Part shown: positions 1 to 12,150 of the stretch, one piece after another
How the letters are laid out: the number at the start of each line of letters is the position of its first letter
How positions within the stretch are numbered: position 1 is the first letter of the stretch
Origin: Chiloscyllium plagiosum
Lineage: Eukaryota
DNA length: 64,000 nucleotides
NCBI RefSeq assembly: GCF_004010195.1
Contig: NC_057726.1
Span: 37,534,288 to 37,598,287, forward strand
Direction: 5' to 3'
Position numbers and translations under genes: made by a program
The notes under the pieces: generated by a model
Databases searched by the model: none
What the model saw: the letters and a program-made list of their open reading frames with translations, nothing else
What the model was told of the DNA's origin: nothing

Positions 1-499
1 TAATGCCTAATATGGCTGCTTTAAAAGATGGTAGCAATCACCATAGAAACTAGCATTGACAGCACTAACAGTGACAGCCACTGATATTTCCACAGTTCCC
101 ATTTGCAGGAAGTTACCTCAAAGTACTTTATATTAAGGAGGATTAAGCAGTGAATGCTATGGTAGTGCAGTTAAGAGAAAACGGAGAGAAAGGGGGAGAG
201 ACAAAGTCACGATTGGATAGATATCCAGGTATTCATGCTACAAAGGTAGGTCAGTTTGGATCAGCATTCTTGTGCTTTCTCTGAATGTTATCCACTTAGT
301 CAAACTCCACTACTCTGTAATTTTTCTTTTAAAAATACTGATATGTAGTCTGTTTTCACTACTATTAATGCATTCAATGTGCTAACAACCCTCTGTGCAT
401 GATAAGTGCATGATAAATAAATTCTCTTCTGATTATCTTGTAATAATCTTGCATTCAATGAACTTTCATGAGCAATTTCCCAACTAGTAAAATGTGTGC

Positions 500-1020
500 T
501 CAATTTTTCTTACCATAATCATATATAAAGTTAAATTCCACTATGAAACCTCCTATGTTTCTTTATTCTAATAAACAGACCAACGTTTCTATAATTTCTC
601 CTCATAAATAAACCCTCTTATAACTGATAATATTGTTGTTCAACTCTTCTGCAATCTCTACAGAGATTCAACATTTTTTTCTAAAATAAACCATCCAAAA
701 CTGGAATTAATATTCTATTTGCTGTTAAACCAATAATTTGTGCAGGTTTGACAATGCATTGTTTGTACTTGGCATAAATATTCAAAGAAGCAACGATTCC
801 ACTGACTTATTTTTGTATATTTGTGTATCTGAACACTACGTGTCTCTGGCCTTTGATTCTTTTTAAAAGATTTATCATTTATTGTAAATGACTCATTCAA
901 CCTCCTGTTACACTAGCTGTTAGACTTTAAAATTTCACCTGACATATAGCTATCCAATTTGTCTTTATTCTTCAAAAGAAATGAATGCTGTCTTTACAGT
1001 TAACCATTTGCCAGATCTTC
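500..1020 (-). mobile_element. Old, highly degenerate CR1-type LINE fragment (RT C-terminal region)
   Basis: Weak reverse-strand similarity to the CR1 3' region seen in younger copies in this window (e.g. ccaaaactggaattaatattcta vs ccagaattgctcgcaatattcca near 41383). No ORF; boundaries approximate. Confidence 0.45.
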
Positions 1021-1599
1021 TATATGTTTTTATTTTGTACTCCTGATAGCTAAGTCCAAAATAAATATATTTACTGCAAGAGACAATTATTGTAGTACTG
1101 CTTCCTGGTGGATACAAATGTTTACTGCATTGAAATGTGTTCATTTGGTGTCCTAATTTTCACCTCTACAGGAATCACCTTGCTCCAAATTGAGAGCTGT
1201 GTCGCATATGTACACCTTGAGTGTGAGCCGTGATTGTTGCAATTTTGGATAGGTGAAATGTTTAGGCACTGGGAATTTCTGTCAGAGAATTGCAGAGTCG
1301 GTAGATGGCAAAGTTGTGATTGACACCAGCAGTATCAAAAAACTCGACCTAATGCTTTTGTTTAACCATGAAAACAGAATCTATAACTATGGAGAGATGA
1401 GCATACATTTTGCAGCATTAAGGACTAGAACTGTGCTATTTGAAGGGTTAATCAACTACTTTCAGACTAACTGCATATCTACCAATGCACCAAGCAATTC
1501 TTTGTGGAAGTCTTTCTTTCTCTGTACTTTACTGATTGTAGAGGTGTTTAGGTTATCCTGAAGTCATGAATAACACTACATGGTCTTTTTCTCTATTTG

Positions 1600-1890
1600 G
1601 TAAACGGAAGTCTGCATTCTTCACCCTCTACAGCGGAACTCCTCTGTGATCTTGCACTCTGGACAGCTGATACATGTGCCCTCTGCTTTTCCCCTGGTAA
1701 CTCACCATGTGCTGATCTCACCTCTATAGTAGCTCTACAATACATAAAGCACGAATATTTGAGTTGGTGTCTGTAAGCGGAGATCCGGTATTTCTTCATC
1801 TATTGAATAATCTTGCTCATGCTCTTCTGAGTATTCATTGGATGGTGAGTTGGAGGTTGACAACTATCTGAAAGCAAGCATGACAAAGGA
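1600..1890 (-). mobile_element. Probable remnant of a PIF/Harbinger-associated Myb/SANT-like gene segment
   Basis: Minus strand has an acceptor-like tgcttgctttcag (1868-1880), then an acidic stretch LSTSNSPSNEYSEEHEQDYSIDEEIPDL and ...IEVRSAHGE. Resembles shark Harbinger-type repeats from memory; stop codons present. Confidence 0.3.
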
Positions 1891-2429
1891 GTGGTTTGGT
1901 TTGAGGGAAAGAGTGAAAGAGCAGCAAGAAGTTAATGGCTGTATCATCTGCTTCTCATACTGCATCTCAAAATATAGGCTAAGAGTGCATTTGAAAAGAT
2001 GCAAAAGATGGGGGCATATTGTCAATCAGCATGGTTTCCGCAATGTTGATTGCATAGGTCTCGAGTGATAAAAGCACTAATCATGAAGAACTATTCCCTC
2101 CAATGAGGTTAGGAGATACAGCAGTAGCTGTCTATCACAGGATCTATGCTGCTTCCTTCTGTAATGCATCATCTTGTCTTACATGAGATACAAGGGTGTC
2201 AGTGCGCGTGTAGCTCTCAAACTAGAAATGGCTCTTCTATTGAACAAAATGTAGTTTATTGCATGTTAGCCACAAGCTAAAGTTTGCATTGATAGGATAA
2301 ACCTTGTTACAGAGACAGTGTGGAATAATGGATGTTAGGTCTTACTCATTCATGATTCTAAGCTGTTCTCCCCACAGATCCATATGACGTCATCATAGTG
2401 AGGAATATGGAGGTAACATTATGTACTCC

Positions 2430-3450
2430 TACTCAAGAGTGATTATTCCTAATTCTGAAATATGTTTAGGTTTTTCTACTACTGGTGAGCAATAACAACC
2501 TCTACAATTACTTATTGTACATTAACCTGTTCAGCTTCTGCTTTATTATCTACTTTGGAAATTATTCTGTATCCTCAGAAACATTTTTTCACACTGTCCA
2601 ATTCTGTTCTTTTTAATTGGCCTATCTACTAACTTAACTCGGCCTGGAAATATTATTTATTATTTTATATCATGATGTTACTATTATTTCTGATGACAAA
2701 TCTTCTCATTATGATTGCTTAATTTTCTCACTTAAAAGGGCTTTTATTTTGTGTACTAGCTGTGTTACTGCTCTGTGCTGCGAAACTGAAGGGGTCTCCC
2801 TCATATTGAGTCGAATTGAATGACTCCCACCTTTCTCATGGGTTTACTGGATGAATCTCACTGTTTGTGGCCTGAATAAATTATTCCCATTTCTTTAGTG
2901 GCTTTTTCAGAATGAATTCTGCTGCAGGCACCTTTAATAAACAGTTTTGCTTTTATCATGGTTTTACAAAATGCTTTTTAAGATTTTAGAAAGTGTATTC
3001 CATTTTCTGAAGGAATTTTTCTGCATGACTCCTACCTCAGCTCTCATTATTATCTCCAAATTTTCCTGAATAATTTCTGGTCTCTGCAATTTAACTAAAT
3101 TTAATACCTTTAATACAATTCCAAGGGAGGAACTCCTGACTTTTGTGGTCATAATAAAGCCTCTTAACTTTCTTCTTCCATTAGAAGATTCTTAGGTTTA
3201 TAACAGCACCTTTGTTGCTTTAATTCTGGCTTTACAACTTCCCAGCTCTTTTAAATTACTTTTATGGTCCTAGATTTCCTTTACTATAGCTGTGTTTCAT
3301 AGTGCTCGCACACTACTGGGACGATGTTTAATCTGACTTTTAAACTCTTTCCTTATTTTTCACATTGTCAGCTGTAGTACTGGATTCTTTTTCAAAGCTT
3401 GTCCTTGCCCACCATTATTAATGTATAACTTTACTCAAGGTTCCTAATAT
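2430..3450 (-). mobile_element. Old degenerate CR1-type LINE fragment
   Basis: Pyrimidine-rich antisense LINE composition and weak CR1-like words; no intact ORF; boundaries approximate. Confidence 0.35.
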
Positions 3451-3470
3451 GTCTGTTTATTCTCTGGCTG

Positions 3471-3680
3471 TCATGATTTGGAGGTCCCGGTGTTGTACTG
3501 AGGTGGACAAAGTTAAAAATCACACAACATCAGCTTATAGTCCAACAGGTTTATTTGGAAGCACTAGCTTTCAGAGCACTGTTCCTTCATCAGGTGGTTT
3601 TGAGGAGCTGTGCTGCGAAAGCTAGTGCTTCCAAACAAACCTGTTGGACTATAACCTGATGTTGTGTGATTTTTAACTTT
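3471..3680. mobile_element. Penelope-like (family B) fold-back mini-element
   Basis: Arm aaagttaaaaatcacacaacatcag...gcactagctttc pairs with gaaagctagtgc...gtgtgatttttaacttt. Flanked by a perfect 15 bp TSD tttattctctggctg (3456-3470 and 3678-3692). Confidence 0.85.
3562..3596 (-). ncRNA. Minimal hammerhead ribozyme motif (PLE family B)
   Basis: Reverse complement reads CAC-CUGAUGA-A-GGAAC agu GCUCU-GAA-AGCU-A-GUG: stem I CAC/GUG, full core, palindromic AGCU stem III, imperfect stem II. Confidence 0.6.
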
Positions 3681-4010
3681 ATTCTCTGGCTGAACTTCTT
3701 GGTACTGCACCTATGGACCACTGATAAGTTTGCAGTCTTGGAGTAACTAATTATTCTTCTCAATAGAGTTTCTAACTCTTGGGCTGCAGCATACCTGTTA
3801 AAAAGGCTGAAATGATCTTTCCACTGATCGTAGATTCTTCTTTGTTGAATCCTGCCACAATAGGTTTCTTCCGTAAAGTTCTTTAATGATCAGCTGTTTG
3901 CTTCTCCTCTTGTCATCATGAGAAGATGACTTAAAATTAAGACTGAAGTTGCTGAAAAATCTTCAACTTCCACTGCTGCCTGCATGTTGTACATGCAGCA
4001 AGTCTGCATT

Positions 4011-4404
4011 ATAGAATCATGCAATACAGAAGAAGCTCTTCGGTCCATCAAATCTGTAACACCAAAAATATCCAACTGCCTACACTGGCCCCTTGAACGT
4101 ATGCCACTTCAAGAGCTCATCCAACTATGTTTAAAAGTTGTGAGGTTTCCCACCTCAATTATCCTCCCAGACAGTGCATTCCAGACTCCCAACACCCTTT
4201 GGGGAAAAAGGCTATTCCTCAAATCCACTCTAAACCTTCTGCCTTTCACTTTAAAATTATGACCCTTTGTTATTGACCCTTTGAGTAAGGGGAACAGCTA
4301 CTTTCTGTTCACCCTATCCATGCCCGTCAATCATATACACCTCTATCAGTTCCCTCCTCAATATTCTCTGCTCCAAAGAAAACAACTTGAGCTTATCGAG
4401 CCTC
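4011..4404 (-). mobile_element. CR1/HER1-type LINE 3' fragment, 5'-truncated
   Basis: atagaatcatgcaatacagaagaagctcttcggtccatc is a reverse CR1 tail; ccagacagtgcattccagactcc...ctctgctccaaagaaaacaac matches the CR1 RT C-terminus as in 40896-41770. Confidence 0.8.
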
Positions 4405-4419
4405 ATCATGTTGCCACTA

Positions 4420-5263
4420 TCATTTTTCATGGCGGGGATTTACATGACCTACCATAGTAAAAACCATTTGCTGGTCTAATGTCTTACATTGAATATGTAG
4501 CAGTATTTTAACAACTAATTACAGTTTGTACTGACATGATTAAAAATTATGTTAGTCTGACCTCTCAAAATGTGAAGTTATTCTCCCCTCAAGTCAACAT
4601 GACATGAACACAGTGGAAGATGCTTATGACACTTCTCAGTATTAACCCTTCCAAGCCCTTTCAGATACATTCACGACACTGATGAATGAGTGATAATGGT
4701 GTGGTATATGGAGCATTGAGTGAGAATGGTGGCACAGTGTGAAGAATGTGGCACTTGAAACACTGATCTGGAACATTCCAATGATGTTAATGAACTTTGT
4801 CCAGCATTAAAGCCAAATTCAAAGGGTCAGACACTTCATTGAGCTGAAATGCTATTTGTCACCATTCTTTTCAAAATATATGTTGGAGGGCTTCCTGCCC
4901 CTACAGAAACATGGTCTCAGCCCTCCTCTCCACCTCCATTATTGAGGCCTCCAGTACTGCACCAGAAAATCAGGGCACTCTCTCTCTGGCCTGTTTCTCC
5001 ATTGTTTCTCTTTCCTAGTTGTGTAAAGCTCTTTCAGAAACAGTTCCAATAGCTGCCACAGTATAACCTTTTAACAGGTGCAAGTTGTGATGTCCAGACT
5101 AGTTTTAACTTTTGTTAGTTTGGTATGAGCATAAACTTGCTGCTCTTCACACACCTGCAACGGAGATGATTGGCGCATCAAGTTTGTGTGTTGCTCACAT
5201 CACTTAGACCAGCAAATGGTTTTTACTATGGTAGGTCATGTAAATCCCCGCCATGAAAGATGA
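4420..5263. repeat. Inverted repeat pair 4420-4479 / 5204-5263 (60 bp, 1 mismatch)
   Basis: tttcatggcggggatttacatgacctaccatagtaaaaaccatttgctggtctaa is the exact reverse complement of 5204-5258. Confidence 0.95.
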
Positions 5264-5505
5264 AAGGGCTAATAATACATCATGATCTCTGCGCCTGAAA
5301 ACAGACCTTATCTAATTTTGGTCGCAGGAACAAAAGTCTTATGCTGCATTTTATCTAAAGCTTTGTGAAAATTTACTTAGGCAACATCCATCATGTATCC
5401 TTTACTGATGAATTCAATTATTTTCGTAAACATATCTATGGAATGTTAGAAATTACTTGTGTTTTATCATGTTAAATTTATCAATGATATTTTTATAGAT
5501 GGGTA

Positions 5506-5827
5506 TTAGAATCATAGACATCCCACAGTGTAGCAGCAGGTCATTCGGCCCATCAAGTCCACACTGACCCCCCAAAGAGCATTCCATACCGACCACACCC
5601 TCCCCCCCCCTCCATCCCCCACTCTATCCCTGTAACCCTGTACTTCTCACGACTAATCCACTCTAACCTGCACATTTTGGACTGTGGGAGGAAAGCAGAC
5701 CACTCTGAGGAAACCCATGCAGACACTGGGACAATGTGCAAACCTCACAAACAGTATCCTTAAAGTGGTATCAAACCTGTGTCCCTGATGCTGAGGCAGC
5801 ATGCTAACCACTGAGCCATCTTGCTGC
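5506..5827 (-). mobile_element. HE1-type (V-SINE) tRNA-derived SINE
   Basis: Reverse of the gatggctcagtggttagca A-box head, central cctcccacagtccaaaatgtgcaggttag domain and CR1-like tail. Confidence 0.9.
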
Positions 5828-7216
5828 TTATTATCCAGTATAATGTTCTTGAGATACTTGCCTTTGACCAATATTGGGCTGACCAGACTATATTTGCCAG
5901 TTGAACTTTTTTCTCTCTTTCCAACAGAAGTACTCTTTCAATCAGCTACCTTAAACTCATTCTCCGAGGGTGTTTAAAAGAATACAATCAACAGCTCATA
6001 TTTCCTGTCTGATATCTATGAGATGTTAATGCTTTCTTCCCCCACGTGGAATTGCATTGCTTTCTCAGTATTCTTTCCTTATCTAATTACAGGTATCACA
6101 TCTAATTGCCTTGATGCCTCTTATTTTATCCTTTCATTACCTGAGTCATGCAAATCAAGAAAAATACTCATTTAAGATCTTGTCATTCCTTTATCCTCAG
6201 CTTTAATTTTCCTCTTTAGCTAGTGTTAACAGTGTTATCTGGTGAATAAGGAGTTAATAAAAATTGTTCAATGAAATAACACAATATAACCAAGATGTAA
6301 GCAGGTCATATATGAGATTTTACATACAACGATGTGAATATGGACTGATTATAATATGAAAAGACGGAGGCAAGGAGAAGTCCAGTTATAGAGGATGGTA
6401 GGCGTAAAAGGGCTCAACTCATGGAATGTGGGTTGAAATCATTGAATTGTTTTGAAAGTGGGCATGAGAATTCTAATGTTAATTCACGAGGGTAAAAGCA
6501 AACAGAGGTTTGAAAGTTAAGAGGACAGTGATTACATTTTCAAAGTAATTAATTGGTTGCAAAGTGTTTAGTGACATTGAGACTTTGATAAAGTACTCGT
6601 GTAATGAATGCGATGTATTCTTATCCATGTTTTAATTTAAAGGCTATCAATTTGTCAACTGGAAATTGATACTAACTTCCATACAAATTTGAAAAAGCTT
6701 TTTTTGAAAAATGTTTGTCAAACTATTTTTGACTTCTTGTTTGTCATTATTGATTTCATCTCAGAGGGAGACAACTGAGTTCATGATTTCATTGTTTACA
6801 TTTACAATTCTAAAAAATGCTTCCACAAAGTTTTAATTCTGAATTTTTGCTTATAATTTCACAATCTCAGACTGTAATATCTTACCACTTGCCACTGTTA
6901 CCAAATTATTAATTGTTCCACATGGTTTCTAAACTCAACGATTTTCCCTCTACTCAGTGCTGCTGCCATGTCTTAAAACTTTCAGCCATTCTAGCTTTGC
7001 TTGGCTTCCAAGAACTTCTCTCATCTCATAGTTAGAAAATTTCCACGCCTACCCTTCACATCTGACTTGTAAACAATATCTTGAGTTCTTTGTGTCCTTA
7101 CTGCATAACCTCAATATTTCCTTCCACTCCCCAGTCCTATTATATCCTGCACCTCATGGTTGCTAGCATGAGATTAGATACTCTTTATATCTATTATTAG
7201 TTCATCTTTTGCAGTG

Positions 7217-7393
7217 TATCAAGGAACATCGATTATCCGGCAATCGATTATCTGAATCTTTATTATCCGGCAAAACCGCAAGGTCCTGACGCTTGGCTAA
7301 ACAATGCTATCTGACATTCGATTATCCGGAATTTGATTAACCGAATGAAATACTGCCTGCTCGTGTCCTTCGGACAATTGAGGTTCCTCCGTA
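7217..7393. mobile_element. Tigger/pogo-like (Tc1/mariner superfamily) MITE
   Basis: Imperfect TIRs aggaacatcgattatccg ... cggacaattgaggttcct, TA at both ends, internal repeated (g/t)attatc(c/t)g words. Confidence 0.7.
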
Positions 7394-7609
7394 TACAGTA
7401 AACTGGAAAATATGATCCTTCTCTCTTTCACTTTCCGGCTGTCATCATATTCCTTTTTCTGTCTCTGTCCTTCAACTCCCATCCTTTGCGTTGGCCTCTT
7501 TAAAACATCCAAGAGGATGTGCACACACTCATTCCAGACTGAAGTACACCATCTGCTCATTTGGTATGGCTTATCCTCAGTGATATATTCAAATAAAAGT
7601 CTTATATTT

Positions 7610-8345
7610 GTGTATTGCTGAAAAAGATAAATCCGCATTTTGTTGAAGTTTTTTATCTTGCACTCAGTGAGATAACTTGTAACAAATACCAAAGTAAAGG
7701 GAAAAAAACATTAATGAGAGGCAAATACTAACTGCTGGCAAGCGGACTCTGCTAGAAGATTGAGGATGCATCAGTTCATGCCAACCGACAGTCAACTCCC
7801 ATGCTTTGTTTAAGTTTTAAACCAGATGGGTTGAATCCAATTAGTAAAAGCATTGCCCTGAGAAATGAACCATAGAATGGCTGTCATCAATTTTGTCACA
7901 TCGACACAGATGCAGTGCATGTAAATATTCTTCCGTCTGCAAAAAACACCCAAAATACCTGTGCATTAATATACATCCTTCCAGTAAATTCAGGTATGCC
8001 ATAGTACGATTTCGACTGTCAATTCTAAATGGGTTACCCGCATGATTGTTTGCACATTGTCAGTATTATGTTGTCAATGTTGTCCATTTGCTGAATCCCT
8101 TTTAATGATGGACACTATTTTGTGAATTTTGCGAACATGACCTGGTTAGTTACAGTCAGAACCGTGCTTGTTACAGACAACCAAAAGGACATGTGTGATA
8201 CAATCGACCAGCCTTTGGGATGCATGGCCTACATACCTAGCAGCGCTGAAGTTCATATACCATGTTATTCATTTCAGGGCTAGGCAGAGGAATATTTTCA
8301 TTCAAAGTTTTGAGCAAAATGTGAAGCTAGCTGTTTCACACTACT
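7610..8345 (-). mobile_element. Penelope-like element (family D) 3' remnant with GIY-YIG endonuclease
   Basis: Minus strand of 8190-8275 translates, across a frameshift, as MNNMVYELQ...ARYVGHASQRLVDCITH (VY..YVG GIY-YIG motif). Decayed pLTR near 7640-7700. Confidence 0.65.
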
Positions 8346-8347
8346 AC

Positions 8348-8412
8348 TAGGAGAAAGTGAGCATGGCCGAAACAGCGACTCTCCTGCTTCTTGAATGCTG
8401 CCTAACCTGCAG
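8348..8412. mobile_element. PLE family A pLTR fragments (inverted tail plus partial pLTR)
   Basis: taggagaaagtgag (inverted tail) followed by ccgaaacagcgactctcctgcttcttgaatgctgcctaacctgc. Confidence 0.7.
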
Positions 8413-10519
8413 CATGTGTATGGGAGTTAGTATCAATTTCCAGTTGACAACTTGGATAAAACATGGATAAAAATACATCACATTTATCACAGTAGTACTT
8501 TATTAAAGCCTCAATGTCACTAAGCACTTTGCAACCAATTAATAACTTTGAAAATATAATCAGTGTTCTCTTAAAACTCTCAAATGTCTGTATGTTCTTT
8601 ACTCTTGTGAATTAATGTTAGAATTCTCATCCCCACTTTCAAAACAATTCAATGATTTCAATGCACATTACATGAGTCAAGGTCTTTTACACCTGCCATC
8701 CTCTATAACTGGACTTCTCCTTGCCTTTCCAGCATTGCACTTTTTGACTCATGCTACTGCTATGCTGCAGTGACATGCATGGTGTTCACTACTAAAAGGA
8801 TTCTGCTGTCAAACCAAACAATCCCAAATTTTACCTATCTAACTGGGACTGATACATCCTGGAAATTGAATACCCTGCACTTATTCACGTTGTGCAATAT
8901 CCATCCAACTAACACAGAGTCCAGTTTTGGGTAATGATATTCATTCCATGACCATGGTTTGGAGACTATCTAGACAAAACTTTAATTAAGCTATTAAAAT
9001 ACACAAAAGCAAGGTCATTAGATAAGTTAAATCATGTTATTATAAAACACATATTCTACATTCTTATTCATAATTTACTTAAAATCTTATGTGAATAATT
9101 TAAATCACTGAGGTAAGTGGTGGAAGATTTATTTTTCAGATTTGTAATGAGTGAATTGTGGGGCAAAGATGAGAAAACGTTTCCAAGAGGTATGGTAAAC
9201 AATCCTGATAGGCTTCCTGTAAAACTTCACAGTTTACAATTCAAATACCTCACACTCAGGATCACTTTTCTTTCAGTTAACAATAATACTCATATTAAAG
9301 CCTTGCATTGCAACAAATAATGGTGCATAAAGCAGGTAAATTTTAATATTCAAGTGTGCATATGAATTCAATTTGCAATCTTTGTAAAAAATTTTACATG
9401 TAGTGGCTTGTGGTAATTCATTCCCTCCTGTTTGTATTAATTTGCACTTTCAATAATATTATCTACAGTATGTAATTGCTCCATTAGTGGTACTATTGCA
9501 TTTCCTCTCTCCATTGCTAGGATCTCCCAGAGGTTGTTTGGCTTTTCCTTTCTCAGTTCAATCCCTAGAGACCAAAGCTACAGGTATCTCCCCCTAACTT
9601 ATTTCATGTACAACCAATGTCTGCAACTTACATTGACCTTAATGCATCGGGCTATCTGAATGCAAAATAAATAATTAAATGTTATTCTCTTAGAAAAAAT
9701 AAATTACACGTTCCAAACTTCACTGCTTACACATCCGAACAACTCCTTAGCTATTTTGCTCTTGTATTGTCTATGCTGCCCATTTCTAATCAATTGAAGC
9801 AATTTTTACTTCACACTAATCCCTATTTTTTTATATCCACATTTCAATCAATAATCAGACACTTTCTTTCTGGTTTATGGAAAATAAATAAATGACTCTT
9901 CATAGGAAGAAGATGAGGCCATTCTGCATCTGTTCTGACAACCTCTTTCTGAGAAAACATGGTGATAAAATATGACTTGAGCCCCAGGGACAATTTCTTC
10001 AGGAACAAAGAAAGCTAACAGGAGATATCATGGAGGACATTAAAAAAACAGAGACTATGACAGAGAGAGTTGGTAAAGAATAATCAGTTCAATTCTTTCT
10101 CTTAACATGAAGCATTTGCAAGTTGATCATGACAAAATAGGCTTTGGGAGTGACGAGTGTGGGATCTGAACTTCCAACATTCCAACCACAGACCATCTTG
10201 TGCAGGACCAAGACATTTGATTTCAGGTCAGAAATATTGTTGCTTTGTACATTTTTTGTACAGTAGTTGAAATTTGCAGCTTGGCAATATGACAACACTT
10301 TTAATGTTATCTGTCATTTTTCTGAGAGAAACATACATATTTCAATGCCTGCAGCGACTGGCTTTTTAAAAAGCTGTGCACATTTATTTTGTTCAAAGCA
10401 ACTAAATCTTCATTTAGTGCTACTTCTTAATCAACATGATTCAGAGATCCCTTGATTATTCAGCTAAGACTATATGATTATCATCAGTCTCCAGTATTAA
10501 CCCTTTCAAACCTTAACAA

Positions 10520-11230
10520 CATTTACTCCCAAGCATGTTGTCCATAGTTAACATTTATCTATCCATGTATATAACTACTTTTGCTTTTACCACTTCCACA
10601 TCTTCCTGAGTCTCTGACTTCACAAATTCCAAGAGTCTGGAAATCACAATTCTTCTAGTTTGCATTCTCTCTGGAATTGGAAAGTTGGTTAGGTCTTTGG
10701 CTTGAGCATTGTTGACATTGATTTCAATCAACTGTAATTTGTTCCTCCAAAGGAGGGTCATTTTTTAAACTCTTGAAGATCATCCTTGGTGAATGTTTTT
10801 CTGGCATTACCTTATTTGGATGCCGCTTATGCTGCTGAATTGTCTGCGCAGAGGAAACTTCCCATGCAAGCTCATACAATGCCCTTTGTCATCATCTGTG
10901 GGACCTTTAATGATGTCCTGGATATTTGTCATGGAAAACGGCTGCTCTGTTTAAACAAGTGCTTTCACCTAGATTTTCAAGATGTTGATCTGGCTTCCAT
11001 GGAGTCACAGGCAGCTTATTTCCATTTTATTCAAGCAAATCTTTATTCTCAGTTTGCTCTTACATTCTGAGTTAAAGTATGTAACATCTTTAATTCAACT
11101 GACCAGTTGGTGAGATGTTTTCATTTACCCTCTGTAGACTCCTTCCTGGTGAGTTTAACATTTTTACATCCTCAGTCATGGTACTATAGTTTTGCTGTTT
11201 ATTTAGAATTACCTCTCTCATTAGCACTGA
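10520..11230 (-). mobile_element. Degenerate Gypsy-like pol/integrase remnant
   Basis: Minus-strand peptides IIKGPTDDDKGHC and NNAQAKDLTNFPIPERMQ resemble the Gypsy GWP linker and the post-HHCC PIPERPW segment; many stops. Confidence 0.35.
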
Positions 11231-11231
11231 A

Positions 11232-12150
11232 CAATCTTTTGATTTGGTCTCCATATTTAAAGAAGGATGAAAATGCAAAGGAGGCAGTTCAGTGGATTTA
11301 TTTTATTTGTTCAATGGATATGGGCATGTCTAGCTAGATCAACATTTATTGCCTATCCATAATTACCCTGAAGAAGGGGGTGGTGCATTGCCTTGGCTCC
11401 ATAGTGCTGTTAAGATAGGAATTCCAGGATTTCGACCCAGCTAAGGAAGAAACAATGACATTGGTCCAATGAAAGGTAGAGTGTAATTTGCTTTGTCTGC
11501 TCTTGCCTGTGTTTGGGATAGAGAGTGCGGATGATCAAATTAGTGAATGGAGTGACAATCAAGTTGACTGGTTTGACCTGAATGATGGCAAGCTTCTGGC
11601 ATGGAGTGTTGTTTGACCTGTATTTATCAATGGAGATATTTCATCACACTCCTGATTTGTGCTTTGAAAATTGTGGACAGGTACTGAGGAGACAGAAGAT
11701 GAGCTGCTTTCAGACTTTAGTCTCAGGCCTTACTCAACTGACTTTTTTCTGACCTTGACTAGATTGATATCTAGAAGAAATGGCTTGTCTAATGAGGAAA
11801 GATTGGACAGACTAAACTTGAAGATATTGGACCTTCGAAGAGTAAGGGTGATTTGATTTTAAAAAAGTGTATAAGATCCTGAACAGTCTTCACAATATGA
11901 AACTGATATTTCCTCTTGTGGATGAGTCCAGAACCTGGAGGGTCAGTTTAAAAATTTGGTCTAATTGGTATTAGACCAGAGATTAGGAGGACTTTTTCAC
12001 TCAGATTAAGGTGTGACTTTGGGACTCTGCCGCAGATAGCAATCGAGTTGAGATCACTTTTAAGGCAGAGTTAGCTTCTTCTTAGGCAATGGAATAAAAG
12101 GTTATTGGGTTAGATATGAATATTGATTTTGGAACACAAACATATCAGCA
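11232..12150 (+). mobile_element. CR1-type LINE 3' fragment interrupted by another LINE tail
   Basis: ttttggtctccatatttaaagaagga-like start at 11243; resumes at 11760 with LSNEERLDRLNL...RRVR (CR1 RT C-terminus). Confidence 0.75.
11298..11760 (-). mobile_element. CR1/L2-clade LINE 3' end (family with gggcaataaatgctggc...cccatgaatgaataaaa tail)
   Basis: ttttatttgttcaatggatatgggcatgtctagctagatcaacatttattgcctatccataattaccctgaagaagg. Same family as 30295-31760 and 36680-39850. Confidence 0.75.

Larger units (their letters stand above)
6368..8726. repeat. Inverted duplication 6368-6688 / 8414-8726 (about 315 bp, moderately diverged)
   Basis: aggcaaggagaagtccagttatagaggatgg...ttgtcaactggaaattgatactaacttccatac matches the reverse complement of 8414-8726 along its length, with scattered substitutions and small indels. 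Confidence 0.9.

Noticed and set aside
1253-1561. 102 aa ORF
   Set aside because: No recognisable domain, non-ATG start and no convincing splice context.
7217-7393. Repeated gattatccg words as a CRISPR-like array
   Set aside because: Eukaryotic MITE with internal TIR-like repeats; irregular spacing and no cas genes.
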